Source: the human T2T-CHM13v2.0 reference genome, Homo sapiens
Length of the DNA: 64,000 bases
Direction: 5' to 3' (one strand)
NCBI RefSeq assembly: GCF_009914755.1
Contig: NC_060931.1
Position numbers and translations under genes: made by a program. Each line of letters opens with the position of its first letter. Within the stretch, counting starts at the first letter, position 1. The notes under the pieces were generated by a model that made no database searches, was not told where the DNA came from, and worked only from the letters and a program-made list of their open reading frames with translations. Positions 13,704 through 27,900 of the stretch are shown here, piece by piece.

Positions 13704-15297
13704 CCACTAAAGCTGCAGTAAGCTAGGGTTCAGCAACCAGCCTGGCTCTTTTTTTTTCTTATATTAAGGTGGTTAAATATCATCCATTTATTCATAAACT
13801 ATTAAATGCCAACTATGTCCTAGATACTAGATTTACAAAAATGAATACGACATAGCTGACTTAGGGGATTCACAGTCTATTAGGAGAGACAAATAAACCT
13901 AAAACAGCAGAAATGAGTGTGCCTTAAGTCCTTTTAAAACAAATCAAGGTAAATCAGAATATAAACAATAAAATAAAATAAATAAATGCTATGAGAAAAA
14001 ATGAGGAGGAATGTAAAAGAAAGCCCAATGTAAACATTATCTTTCAATCATTTTGCTATCAATAACCCCTCTTTCCTCTCTCCCAAACATAACAGCATAT
14101 GGAAATATGGTTTCCAAAGCACAGCTCTACTTTGATTCCTTAAAGTTCTTTGCATTCTAAGTGCTTTCCTTTTTACAATGTTGGGGACAAAGAAAGACAG
14201 AAATGTTAAGAGAATCAAATTCCAACTAAGTTGGGAGTTAATGTCTTAGAGGGAGTCGCTGCCCTTTAATATGTTGGAATGAGACTTTCAGCCTTTAATG
14301 AGGTCTGCCAATAGAGGCTCAGATGTTCAACAGAAAATAGTAGGGCAAAGAGGGAAGTGCAATGAGAAAATGTAAGTAAACACAGTTAATGGTGGTAATG
14401 TGTGCTAATAGGGCCATAATAATAAAAACAACAGATCTTGACTGTACAAAATTCTATTTGATTCTCCCCAATCAGAAACTATGTGGATATTATGAATATA
14501 GTTGTTTTTCTTGGTTTAAAAACATTATAGTAACCAAAGCAGAAATAAATAGTTCAGTATGACCATGCTGATTCATATTAACTGGGCTAAGAGTCAATTT
14601 GTTTTAGCAGAGGCTGAAATATAAAATTATTTTTAAGATAAAGTTTTCAATAATACTGTCTTATACTAGTATAGCAGAATGTAACCTAGACGTTGTTTTG
14701 TAGCTGAATGTGAGGCTAAAATTAGCAGAGCAAAAATTTCTATCTTGGTTCCTCCCAAAGTAATTGAAAGTCCTATAAGATTGTTTAATCCCTAAAGTAT
14801 TTTAAGCATTTCTTTTTCAATTACACATTGTTTTTGAAGAAAGGGTTTATTATAGAAAAACCAAACATCTGCTTAGACCCTTTCACCAATAACTAATTCC
14901 TGATTGATGAAACCTAAATTCAGTAAATCACACTGTATTACAATAAATTCTTTGGAGCTCTATAATCTGGTGACATGGAGAGCATCTGCTTTAATTACCA
15001 TCTTGTGACTAGCTCAATATGATTTCCATGAAGAGGCTGGCCTTTCTGAGGTGCAACCTAAAATTGTATGACATATTTGATGTTCTCATAGTGAAAACAA
15101 AAAGTTTTAGTCTTATTTTTCTTTACATGCTTTTTCTTGGCCTGTCCTTCCTTTCCTCTCAACCCATCATTATCATGGGTAAAAAAAAAATCTCATCTCC
15201 AAATAACAGCAATTGTTAAAAATTAGATATTATAAGTATAGTAGGGAAGCTTACTAGAAGGATTCCCTTTATAAAAACATTTTAAATAAAAATATAG

Positions 15298-15647
<350 letters not shown>

Positions 15648-15734
15648 TCTTCTACTACTTTCTACAAGCAGAGGAATCCCACCTATATTCCTCTTATAAG
15701 CCCCCAGTGTTTTAATATAGCTCAATAAATAAAG

Positions 15735-15950
15735 GAAGCAACATGGCATAATGAAAAGAATGCTGACTCTGGAGTCCAAAAAACCCGGGCCAATTTTCAA
15801 CAAGTTACTTAAACTTTCTAAGTCCCAGTTTCCTCAACTGTGAATGATAGATAATAACATCTGTCTTTTAGGGATGTTTTAAGGATTAAAAATAATGCAA
15901 ATAAAGCACTGGCAAACAAAAGGTACTCAATGAATGATACCTCTAAGTAT
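15735..15950 (+). mobile_element. MIR SINE
   Basis: ctctggagtc...caagttacttaaactttctaagtcccagtttcctc. Confidence 0.75.
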
Positions 15951-16792
15951 CACTAACAAAATATTAATCATTTGGACAATTGAGAATGTATTTTATGATC
16001 TTATAGTTCTGAAAAGAGGGGGCACAGGAGTAAGGCTTCATCAGATTCTAATGCCCTAGTTACTCCATCCTTATTTACTCTTCACTGATTAACTTTCTGA
16101 TTTAGTAGCTTAATCTACTACCAGCACTTCCAGCTGCTCACCATCAATTTATTCCTTAACCCCTTTTACAGTATAAATTTGGGTCTCATCATCTACTCTC
16201 CATGACCTTATAAATGACAACTCTATCAGCTCTTTCTCTATGGTGGTTGTTCTTCTGTAACCTGAAGCAAGAGTCTTCCTTTCTGAAACTCTACTTCTTG
16301 ACCTCACTGACTTGAATATTCTGGTTCTACCACCCATGTAACCATTCTTCCAATTTTCTATATTTCTCCAACAATCTATTTGATTTACACATTTTTATCT
16401 TCCCTTCTTCCCCCATCCATTTCTATAATATTTTCACCTTCCTCTCCATTTCCCTATCAGGACTCACTTGAAGTTTCATGATTTTCCAAAACAGTCTCTC
16501 CCTTTTCTTAACTACTAATGTGTACACTGCTGCGGGGGCTATTTGTCACCTTGTCCACTACTGTGACATATACTGATTAACAAATCAGCAGGAACCTTGA
16601 AATTTAGAACAAAAGAGCATGCATGTGTCTGGCAGGTTTAAGAGGGTCAGATTGTCCCCATAGGAAGGGAATGGGGAGTGCAGTCTGGGTGTGCTGATTA
16701 TAACCAAAACCCTAACTGAATTAATTAAATGTTAATTTATATTTAAAGGGAGGGAACAGAAGAGTTCAAAAAGATAAATATAGAGTTTATGA

Positions 16793-17109
<317 letters not shown>

Positions 17110-17839
17110 AATTTAAGCACTTTTAAGGCTTACATTATTCTCTTAAATTTCCAAGCCTATACATCACTCAACATAATAGTAAATATAAATATTCCAGTAG
17201 CTAAAACCTAATCTTCATGGTACAGTTTAATAACTCATATATTATGTTTTCATTAAGTCAAGTACAAATGACTGAATTCTATGTATTTATATGAGAAAGC
17301 AACTAATGTTTGTCAACTATGAAAAGACTCTTTGTTCAAGAAAACGCACACCAAACATATATCACTTAACATTACTACTAAAAAGCTACCCTGATGCAAG
17401 GCTCACAACAAAAATAATTCAAACTAAAATGGAAAAGTACTGTGTTTCCAAAACTCTTTGATCTCTTGTATGTGGTACACTTAACATAACATTCTTACAA
17501 GGTACAAACAAGATTCAGGAATGCAAATTGATCTTGAACACTCAACGAATTAAAATGTAAATTATATTAAGTGCATTATATGAACAACAATTTTAAGTTC
17601 CCCCACCCTATCCCACCTCACTCCAAGATCACAGTATTTATTAAAATAGCAAAAGATGACACATCAACACAGAACAGAACAGTGATAATATAACAGGGTT
17701 ACCAAAAATTAAAACTAAGTGTGCAAAGAGGAAAAATACTTAATAAGATGCTCAAATAAAATGATTAAATTTACTTCTCAGTAATATGGGGTGAAGAAAG
17801 AGTCCTAATTAAGAAAAACATTACGGTACTGATTAGAAA

Positions 17840-18030
17840 ACATGGGCTATTACATCAGATAGAAATTGAGTTTAAACTTTGTGTACTTTATTGATGGTGG
17901 ACGACTGTCTTAACCTCTGAGTCTCAGTTTATCTGTAGAATAGAAATAATAATCTTCACCTCACAAAGTTATATAGGGACTAAATGAAATTAATTATGCA
18001 AAATACTTAGTACACAAGCACATATTAAGA
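17840..18030 (+). mobile_element. MIR SINE
   Basis: cttaacctctgagtctcagtttatctgtagaatagaaataataat. Confidence 0.7.
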
Positions 18031-18059
18031 TCTTTATAATTGTATTCAGTCCAAAAAGA

Positions 18060-19850
18060 CCTAGACATTTTTAGAGCCAATCTATTTCAAATCTTCCAAG
18101 GAAGAGATTAATTGCCAGAGCACATGCAAAAATGGAAACATGGAAAGCTTCTCTCTCAGTCTCTCTTTTTACAAAGCTGGCATATTCAGAAATCAAAACC
18201 TTAAAAAGGTAATACAAAAGGAATACTAAAGATCAATCTCATATAGCAAATCAAATATAGCACTATTTTAAAGAGATATGCTATTATCAAGTTGCCTTTA
18301 TCCCTAAAACAGCAACTGTTTGATGAAAGCTACTTGGAAATCTAACACAATTCATCAACCAATAGGTAAAAGAAGGAAAACCATATGATCATCTCAAGGT
18401 ACATTAAGAGGGCATGTGATCAAACTGAATATCTATCTTGGTTCCCCCTGAAAAGGCATAGAAGACTATTTCCTTAACATACCATAAATAAAAATTTTGA
18501 ACACACAACTGTGAAACCCTAAAGGCATTTCCATTTAAATGAGAAATAAGCCAAGGATCCTCACTGTTCACTGCTATAACTTAATATTATTCTAGAAGTT
18601 CTGATCAATGTCCTAAGAAAAAGAAATAAGGATTAAGTGTTAGCAAGAAGACAAAATCATTTACGCGCTTTACACATGCTATAATTTAGTTACTACAAAA
18701 CACAATAAAAACTATCAGAATTAAGAGTTTCATAAAATGACCAGTTAGAAAACAGTATACGAGAATTAGCCATCTTTCTATGTTCCATCAGGTACACTTA
18801 ATCCTCTTTATAAAATAATTTTAAGAGTTCCATTCCCAATAGAATCAATAAGTTTTAAAATATCAAATATACCACTTGAAAAATGGGCAGAACCCACATG
18901 AAGAAAACTACAAACTATAAAATACATGAAGAAAACTCAAAACTACATCTTTGAGTCATAAAAGATGACTTCAATAAATGATAACATTGTATTAATAGAG
19001 ATAGTACAACTTTCTCTAGAAAATTAACTCAGATATTCCAGTGAGGTTCTTTTAGGATCCTAACTGCCTTTAATGTAACATGAATAAAGAAATACATGAG
19101 AAATACTGAAAATGTTTTGACAAAGACAATAATAAGTATTCACAAAACCATTTAGTGAAATACATTAAAAACTCACAATAATTAAGACAGTTTGGAATTA
19201 CTAGAGCAAAAAGAAATAGCCCAATTAAACTAAAAAGAAAAACCTAGAAAAAGTCATATATCCATATCTATAGACAGACAGAGTATACACACATGATTTG
19301 GTATTTAAAACCTCTGAAGACGATAACTGTTCAATAAACAGCATTAAAATAACTGAACCATCACTCTACATTAAAATACACTGCAAATAGACTAAAGATG
19401 TAAATTTTTTTAAAAACTGTGAAATTAATATAAGGAAACAGAGGTGAATAGTCACATAATTTGGAAATGCAAGCCCTTTCTAAGTAGTGAGGTATCATAA
19501 AAGAAAAATTTGATAGGTTTAAACACATTAAAATGTTAGCAATCTGTTTAAAAAGAAAATTCACATCAAAAACAAAATTAAGATAAAAATGACAAACTAG
19601 GGAAATTATTTGCAATGTAATTTGACAAAAGCCTAATAGTTTGTATACATAAAGAGCTCTCGTAACTTAGTTTTTAAAAATCTCCAGTATTATAATAGAC
19701 AAAGGACACTAATAGATATTTCATAAAGGAAATAAGTATCTCTGGGTGGAGACATTATAAGTGTTATTTACCATTTATGCTTTCCTGAATTTTTCAAATT
19801 TCCTACAATGATTATTATATTAGTAATTAAGAAACTATAGAATGTTTACA
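18060..19850 (+). mobile_element. Highly diverged L1M (L1ME-like) ORF2 and 3' remnant
   Basis: A-rich; degenerate RT-region motifs (aaaccatatgatcatctcaa, gcatttccatt, aatattattctagaagttct). Confidence 0.7.
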
Positions 19851-20799
19851 ATAAGGCTGTGACAATAATAATAACCAATATCATGCTAACATTGATATTT
19901 CCACTCTTTTAGGCTGCACCAAAATTAGGGATGCCTTCCTCTCTAGAAAAGAATCATACTTTAATTCTTTATCACAATGAAAGAAATTTTCAGAACTCTA
20001 GAAGACAATCAGACAAAACTTTTCACTTCCTCTCTATTTATGACCAAGTTACAATGCCAAATAATATTTGGATAAGCTATTCTGTTTTCAGCCCCCTATG
20101 AAAGCCAAGAGTCAAGGCTGAGGAACAAGCCCTGGACTTCAGAACCAGCAGGACTCAGATTTTTCCTATATCCAAATCCTGAGCCAGAAATTTTAAAAAG
20201 AAAAAAAAAGGTGGTGAGGTGAGGATAGGTATTACTTTTCTCAAGATAGAAAATGTGAGCCTTTGAGAACTTCTAGTCACAACTCTTCTCTGTCTCATTT
20301 AGGAGACAGAGGAATGGTTTTATCCTCCAGTGTATTTAAAAGGCATATATCCAAAGGGCAAGCAAACAAGATTTCTTCTGAGCAAAGATACTTTAAATAG
20401 GAGATTTTCAAGTGTTAAATGTTCTTTTTCCTTAGTGCAGATATGCAGCCTAACTCTGAGAAGGGCAAAAAGACTCTGGCAGGACTTGGCTCTCAACAAT
20501 AAGCAATAGTCAAACTGCTAATTCCATCTGCTCCCCTCCAAAAAATGACAAAGCATTACATGATGATGCCAGGGATCTCAGGCTCCATTTAAGGAATTGT
20601 TCTGAGGGGTATCCATTTTCACAATATTAAGATGCTCTCTAATTTTTTAAAGTACTTCAGAAGTACTTCAGGGAACCAATTTGGATACTATATGCCAACT
20701 TTGATGATGATAACAAAGAAATATACTGTCTTTAACATTATATTCTTAGAGATGTCGCTTCCAGGAATGTCTTCCTTTCTTACTAGCCAAAGCTCTGAA

Positions 20800-22650
20800 T
20801 TCCATTCACTTCTATCTCCTCAGGGTCTTAGTTCCAATAATTATCTCATTTCCTGAATTGCTTAAGAATCTCTTCCTACTTGTCTCTACTCACTCTTTCC
20901 TTATGCATGTAAACAAACAAACATAACATTCCCTCAAACAATATCACTCTGCAATGGTTTTCAACCATGGCTGCACACTGGAATTACTTAAGAAACTATA
21001 AAAAAGTATCAATGCAAGTAATCAATAATGACACAAAGTAGACAGTGGTTTCCTGGGGATAAGAGGAAAAGATTATAAAGGCACACAGGAAACTTTTGGA
21101 GGTGAATATTATTTTGATTATGGTGATGGTTTTGCAGGTATAAACATATGTCAAATATCAAATTGTACACTTTAAATATATGTAGTATACTATATGTCAA
21201 TTACACTTCAATAGAAAAGCTGTTGAAATAAATATTGATATCTGGGTTCAACACCCCCCCACACCAAATTGGTATAGGGATTCCCTCTGGAAAACAAAAT
21301 TCTTTAAAGTTCCTGAGATTATTGTAAATTATTATTACATTATTGTAAATGCACAGCCAAGATTGAGAACCACTACTCAATGAAAGCTATAGCTATCATT
21401 TTCTCCCTTCTTTATTTCAGTTCTCTTGAAAAGTCTCACTTAAGCATGTCTACTTTATCACACCCATTCTTTCTCAATCTTCTGAAGCCTGGTTTCTGAA
21501 CCACCACTCAGTTAAAACTGTTCTTGTTAAAGTTACCTATGGACTCCTGACAAATTCAGTGGTCACTGGGGCCCTCTCCTAACTTGACACCTCCTTACAG
21601 CATTCAAAATTGTTAACCTGTTCCTCCTCCACTGGAAAATCTCCCCGCCCTTGGCATCTTTCCTGATGGTCCTCCTACCTTGCTAGCTACTATTCCTCTA
21701 ACTTTCAGACAATTCTTCTTCCTACTTCTGCTATTTATGAGAGTCTGTTCTCTGGCTGCCACTTTCACCAGGCTAAAGGCTTTCCCTGAGTCATTTCATC
21801 ACAACTAAATCAATATAGCTTCAATTCAACCCCCAATCATCTCTCTAATCCTGATTTTCACATCCACAGATACAAACATCTATCTATATCTTCGCCTGAA
21901 GTTCCACTGCTTCCTCAAATTCAAAATAGCCAAAACAGAATTTATCATCTTCCTTCCATTTTTGTGTTCCTCATTTCCATCAACAGAACCCCAAGTCAAA
22001 CCTTCACAGTCCTGAGTCCTCCTTTCTTCTCATAGGTGATTAGGACTTGTTAGTTTTTCCCTCACTCTGCCACAGTAAAGGTCTAAAATACAAATCCAAT
22101 AAATGGCTTCTCATCTATCACGTTCAATCCAATCCCTTTAGCTAAGGATACCATTCCCTGATCTGGCCCTCTACCACCCTCACTATCTTCATCTGGCACC
22201 ATTTCCTACTAACCCCTGCATTCAAGCCATATCAATGTCAATGTTATTGACTTTGTCAACTGCCAATGTCAATTGACACTGACTCGTCATTGTCAATGAC
22301 TTATCTAAATTGCCACAGTTTCTCAGGCCTCCTTGCCTTCTCAATTACTATATCCTCCTCTTGGGAAGTTACTTACCTCCTGCACTTGGCAAAATCATAT
22401 CATCCTTCACAACTTGGCTGTGTGCTCCCAACTCCACCTACACTCAAGGCAAGTTAACTATCTCCTACTCTAAACTCTCCTACTACACTAGGCATATCTC
22501 TATTCCCACTGACTACATAGTATTATAATTGTTAATTTACTGTAATGTTACTAACATCTTGTATGTTAGATAGTAAATTCCTTGAAGACAAGAGCTATGA
22601 CATTCATTTCTGTATCCCTAGTACCTACTCAGCCTGGAAGAGTGAAAAAA
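20800..22650 (+). mobile_element. L2 LINE 3' part, interrupted by MER5 (about 20950-21375), which itself holds an L1M 3' fragment (about 21010-21230)
   Basis: L2 motifs (ccaccactc..aactgttcttg, ttccttgaagacaag..tgtatcccta gtacct); MER5 ends caatggttttcaaccatggctgcac and gattgagaaccact. Confidence 0.7.
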
Positions 22651-22811
22651 TAAATTTATGTTTGATATAATTTCAATCATTTATAAAATATAAACGATAC
22701 CCCAAAATAGGTCTTGAATACTAAGATTTCTTAAAATTTCTTAAGATCCATTATAAAATAAATATTAGGCAACAGGATGCTGAATAAAACAGTACATATA
22801 TTTAAACTCAC

Positions 22812-22827
22812 CGTCAAAGACACCAGT
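22812..22827 (-). other. Candidate 16-nt microexon of the minus-strand gene
   Basis: Minus strand ttgtattttttAG|actggtgtctttgacg|GTGAGT; about 70 nt upstream free of AG and pyrimidine-rich. Confidence 0.5.
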
Positions 22828-24468
22828 CTAAAAAATACAACCCAGAGCAAATTTCATAAAACAGAAATACAACAATGAAAGGAAGCAGAGCAAGGATAAA
22901 CGCTGACCCAGCTAATGCCTTATCGGGTGTCTGTATCCAGGTACTGCTAATGCCGATGACTAAGAAGGTTTCTAATCCTTCTAATCCCTCATGGTAATTT
23001 CAATAAATCGAATAAGGATAAACGAGCCAAATCCAGAATTTGTTTCCTAAATATGTGATGCTTTTCCCCCTTGCCACTTGGTTTGATTGAACTGATTATT
23101 TGAATAGCTGACTTTGAAGCCACTATTGGCCAAGCAGATCTTAAATGTTTTTCCTTCCTTGTCTTTGCCTGCACTTCAAAAATATGGTGGTTTAGACTAC
23201 TATTCATCCTGTAAACCTTAAAATGTATTCACCTAAAGAAAAAAAAATACTTGGAAATGTCGGGGGAGGTGGGGTGCCTGTGGATGTTAGCAGTAGAATG
23301 TTTTCATGGAAAACAAGCCTCCCAGTCTTTCTGACTTTATGGCAATAAGTTTTGAAAGCTGAAAACCTCAAACTGTAAAGTGTTACATGAACCAAAGAGG
23401 TGGCCCACCTGCTCCAAAAACTACTGTGTGATCCAAGGATAAATAATTTGCAAAAGGTCAGCTTGGCCCTACTGCCTGTAGGGCAGTCTCTGAGATAAGA
23501 AGTAGCTGCCGGTGGAACAAATTCCCCCTACCTGAGGAGCGCCGCGGCTGCCAGGCTTGTGATAGTGTATTTCTCAGAGAGCAGATTCTGTGCAGTACTA
23601 AACCACTTAGGCAAAATTAAAATCTTTCAGGAATGTCTAAACTCACAAAGCACACATGTGCAAGCTGACGGGCAGACAGCAAATTTCGGGGAAGCGTACA
23701 AACTTGGGGGTGTTTTAATGCAACCATTTTCAGCCAAACCCCCGAGGATTCCCGAGTATGTTAAAATGAGCCTCAGGAGAGGAATAACTCATAGAAAGAA
23801 GGGGCAAGGGCTCAAGAAGAGATCTTCAGCGAAATAACCAAGGAAGGAAGCGTGGCTGCTGTCTGAACCTCTCCGCCCTGCAGGGGACCAAAGACCGACT
23901 CGGGCCAACGCTGCTCTCCAGGGGGCGAGGGCGGGGGGTCGACAGTGACCATTGTGGCCACCAGACCGGACGGACAGTGGCGGCCTCGCCGAAGTAGAGG
24001 GCGCGAGTGGGAGAGGAGGCAGAGGCCAGAGCATCCGCCGCGGCAGGGAGGGGACGGGGGGCTCCCGCCCCAGGCCCACCCGGCAGAGGGGCGGCCGGTG
24101 GGGCCGAGGCGGCGGCACCCGGGTCACAGCAGGAGGCTGGACTGCTCCTCGCCGGGAAGGAAAGACCCGAGTCGCGCGCACAAAGCTGCCGCCCTCCAGG
24201 CAGCGGGCAGGCTGCGCCCAACTTCGGGGCGAGCAGCCGCCGGCCGCAGCCCACCCGCCCGCCAGCCGCCCCCAGCGCCCCGCGCCGCCTCGCACCCACC
24301 CATGGCGCCTCGCGCGGGAGCCGTTACCCCCAGTGGAGCCGCGGCCCCAGGGACAAAGTCCCGGTCCTGTCCTCGCCGCCGCCTCGCCCCGGCTCCTCCC
24401 TGACAAAAAAAAGTTATCCGTTGCCGGACGCCCTGGGGGCCCGGCGTGGGTCTCTCGGCTGGACTCAC

Positions 24469-24750
24469 CAGGGCGGCTGCCGGAGCTCCACCTGCAGGAC
24501 CTCGACTCGTGAGGCTCTCAGCGACAGCGACGGAGGCTGCTCTGCTTCCTCCCGAGTAGCAGCACCACCTGCTCCCCTTCTTCCTAGCAGAACGGGTCCC
24601 GGTGAGCCATCTTCCCCCTCCTCTCACTGACTGACAACCCAGCCGGGAGAGCCACCACTGCCGCCAGCCTCTCTGACAGGCACGACCAGGGACCCGTCCT
24701 CAAGCAGCCAACCACCACCGCCCCACGCCAGTTCAGCCTATCGCCGTCCT
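24469..24750 (-). other. Probable non-coding first exon (TSS uncertain, about 24630-24750)
   Basis: Consensus donor CTG|GTGAGT at 24469/24468; Inr-like GTCAGTCAGT near 24630; promoter motifs on the higher-coordinate side; old L1s in the left 24 kb are mostly antisense to this direction. Confidence 0.65.
24584..24610 (-). other. uORF MAHRDPFC* in strong Kozak context
   Basis: GGAAGATGGCT...TGCTAG; A at -3 and G at +4; stop lies before the exon-1 donor. Confidence 0.5.
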
Positions 24751-26304
24751 CCGGGGCGGGATCAGAACAACTTCTCCACCAATGAGAATCTTCTTCTGCT
24801 GGGCCTGGGGCGGAGCCATGAGGCGCCTTGAGTGGGCGTGGTCTGAGCAATGGGCGTGATCCGGGCGTCCGAGGGAAGTTGATTGACTGTAAGGTTTGCG
24901 GTGGCCGCTAGGCGATGACAATCAGCGAAGGTCTCTTAGATTCTGAGCCGTTAGGGCTTATGGCCTTCTCAGAAAAAAATAAACCTTACCGGATGATGTG
25001 AAGGGTATCAATTTGTTTCTCTTTTGTGAGAAAAGAGAAACAAATTGATAATTTACTAGTCAGTAGGATTTACTTCCCTGTAATTAAATTCACAAGAATT
25101 TATCAAAATCTTATCAAATCCCGGGAGGAAAAAAAAATTACGTTTTTGCAAAATGGAAATACAAACTTCCCCCTCACTACATCATTGCTTTTGGGCTTAG
25201 CCTGGAAAAAGTCAAATACGATGCCTCAGTTTTCTTTCCATGGGGGTTGTTTTTATTTTTTCCATCATTCCTCCCTACTTTTTCTCTGAACATATACTAA
25301 ATATTTTGTATAATAACTGGAACCCGAGAACACCTGAACCTGCGCCTGCAGACAGACTGCTGTTTTTGACCTTGTAAACCCCTCCTACCACATCCTTCTC
25401 AAGTCTGGTCAGGATTAATTAGAAGAAAAACTGACCTCCACCCTAGAAGACAGGAAGTTCATTCTAGCTTTACACTAGAAATGGGCAGGATTTCTCCAGA
25501 AACACTAAGTGAACTTTTCAAACATGCTGAACTCATAAATAACAAGCACATAAATAAGAAGATATATTACTTGATATCAAAAGGGTATCAAGCAAACAAT
25601 TTCAGGTAATTATTAGGGCAGATTGCTAAAACAGATAGGATCCCCCTCCAAAGGGAGGATCAGATTAATGAGTAAATAATAACAAACTACAGTGATAAGG
25701 ACAATAGAGATTGGTTCAATGAGCAATGGAAACAGAGGACAAGAAATGACTGTTTAGGAAAGTCAGCGAACTCCACAAGGAAGGTAATGTTTGAGTTGGA
25801 TCTTAAAAGGTAAATGGGAGTTTGCCAGAGAAGAAAGTCAAAGGGTATTTCAGAAAGGGAGAACACCATGTTCAAAGGCATGGAGCTGTGAAAGGGCACA
25901 GAGCCATTGTGGAATGTTGAGAAGGTAGATGGGGTTAAATGATGAGGAACGGCCAAAAATTGGGCTGGAGCAAAAGGTTGAGGTGAGATTGTAAAAGACC
26001 TCACAAGCTACACTAAGATATTCAGACAAGCACTGTCCAGCAGAGCTTTCTGCACTGGTGAAAATGTTCTATATTTGTGTTGTCCAAAATAGTAGCCATT
26101 AGCCACATGTGGCTATCAAATACTTGAAATGTGGTGTGACTGAAGAGCTCAATGTATTTATTTATTTATTTATTTTTGAGACAAGGTCTCACTCTGTCAC
26201 CCAAACTGGGGTAGAGTGCTTAAGTGATCCTCCCACCTCAGCCTCCCAAAGTGCTGGGATTACAGACATGAACTACCATACACGGCTGAAACTCAATTTT
26301 TAAT

Positions 26305-26597
<293 letters not shown>

Positions 26598-27038
26598 TAA
26601 TTTTTAATTTTAACTTTAACAACTCCCATATTGGATAGCTCAGGTTTAGATTTTCTTCTTAAGGCAATGAGGGACAGACAACAGCTTTTAATCATGTGGA
26701 CAATGCAATCAGGTTTCTTTTAAATGGTGAGAATCCAAAGAAAAAAAAACAGGGTAGAGAGGAAATTCTTGACAGATCAGACTGACTTAATTTAGGTCCC
26801 CTTGGCCAGAGCCTGTTCAGGACAAGTGTTTACTCAAAGAAATAGGGAGAGGAAGATCCAGGCAGCATGTTATTCATCTTAGAGAACACAAGCAGTCAAA
26901 ACCTGAGACGTTGAATTCTGCCGTCAAGTCCCATTGAGTAGGAGAGTGAGGGACCAAGGAAGGAAAGAAACCGAGTCAGCCAGATCATAAGATAGAGAGA
27001 AACAAGAGTGGGCAAAAGAGTGCACACCTACGCGCATG

Positions 27039-27066
27039 CACACACACACACACACACACACACACA
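27039..27066. repeat. (CA)n microsatellite
   Basis: Directly visible. Confidence 0.9.
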
Positions 27067-27744
27067 CCATCAGTTTTACTGGCCATTGGCCATGTGTGCC
27101 AGTAATGTGTTGACCTGATTTGAAGAGCCAAAGTTTCTGGTGGCAGGAAGCCCAGCCAAGACCAGGACAAGATTCCAGGAGAGAATCTCGAACCAAACCT
27201 GTGGAAGTCAGGATGGAAGGGACAGGTAAATATTATTGACTTCCTGTACTGTACAAGGCACGTGGCTTGTCAAGGATACAGATGAATGCTAGAAGCTTGC
27301 TTATAGTATAGTTAGCTGCATAACAAACAGATGAAAGGTTAAGCAAAGATTAAAGTAATTATTTAATGCAGCAGTGGAGAGATTACATAAGGCAGTACAT
27401 AATCGATTCATTGTTCAAATGATTTTCTAGGCATTAGCCGCTGTGTTTTCAGAGGAGGATGCAAGCACTGCAGTCAAGGGCAGTCAGGGAAGGCTTCATG
27501 AAAAAGGCAAAATGGGCTGGGTCTAGAAAACTGGGGAGGAATTTGAACCAGATAAAATGGTGAGAAAGTAACTCCCAGAATGCCTGGAGAAATAACACAA
27601 GAGGGGAAGCACAAGCAATGTTCAGAGGGCATGGGAGGCAACTTGAGTCAGCCAAGCCTGGCAAGCTAGGTTGCAGATAGATAATAGAACACCTTGAAGG
27701 CAAGCTCAGTTGTTCAGATTTTCTCCTTTTGCCTTGTGGCTTCC

Positions 27745-27900
27745 TGTCTGCTCATTAGAATCACTTAGGATGCCTTTCAAAATTATCAGTACTCAAACCG
27801 CACCCCACAGTAAATAAATAAATAAATTGGTGTGTGAGGCTAGTCATTGGGTTTTTAAAAAAGCTTCCCAAGTGGTTCTAATATACACCCAAGGTTGACA
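27745..27900. mobile_element. MER5-type hAT DNA transposon
   Basis: cattagaatcactt...aagcttcccaagtggttctaat..caaggttga. Confidence 0.6.

Larger units (their letters stand above)
23870..24930. promoter_or_regulatory. CpG island / promoter of an unidentified minus-strand gene
   Basis: About 1 kb very GC- and CpG-rich and not repeat-derived; GC boxes at 24753-24761, 24807-24816 and 24834-24843; CCAAT at 24779-24783; YY1-like AAGATGGC on the minus strand at 24606-24613. Confidence 0.9.

Noticed and set aside
24469-24750. Gene identity for the CpG-island promoter
   Set aside because: No coding exon in the window and I do not recognise the 5' UTR; BLAT of 24469-24750 would settle it.
23789-24921. 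Several long overlapping ORFs (up to about 207 aa) on both strands
   Set aside because: Low-complexity Arg/Pro/Gly/Ala translations expected from stop-poor CpG-island DNA; no recognisable domain.
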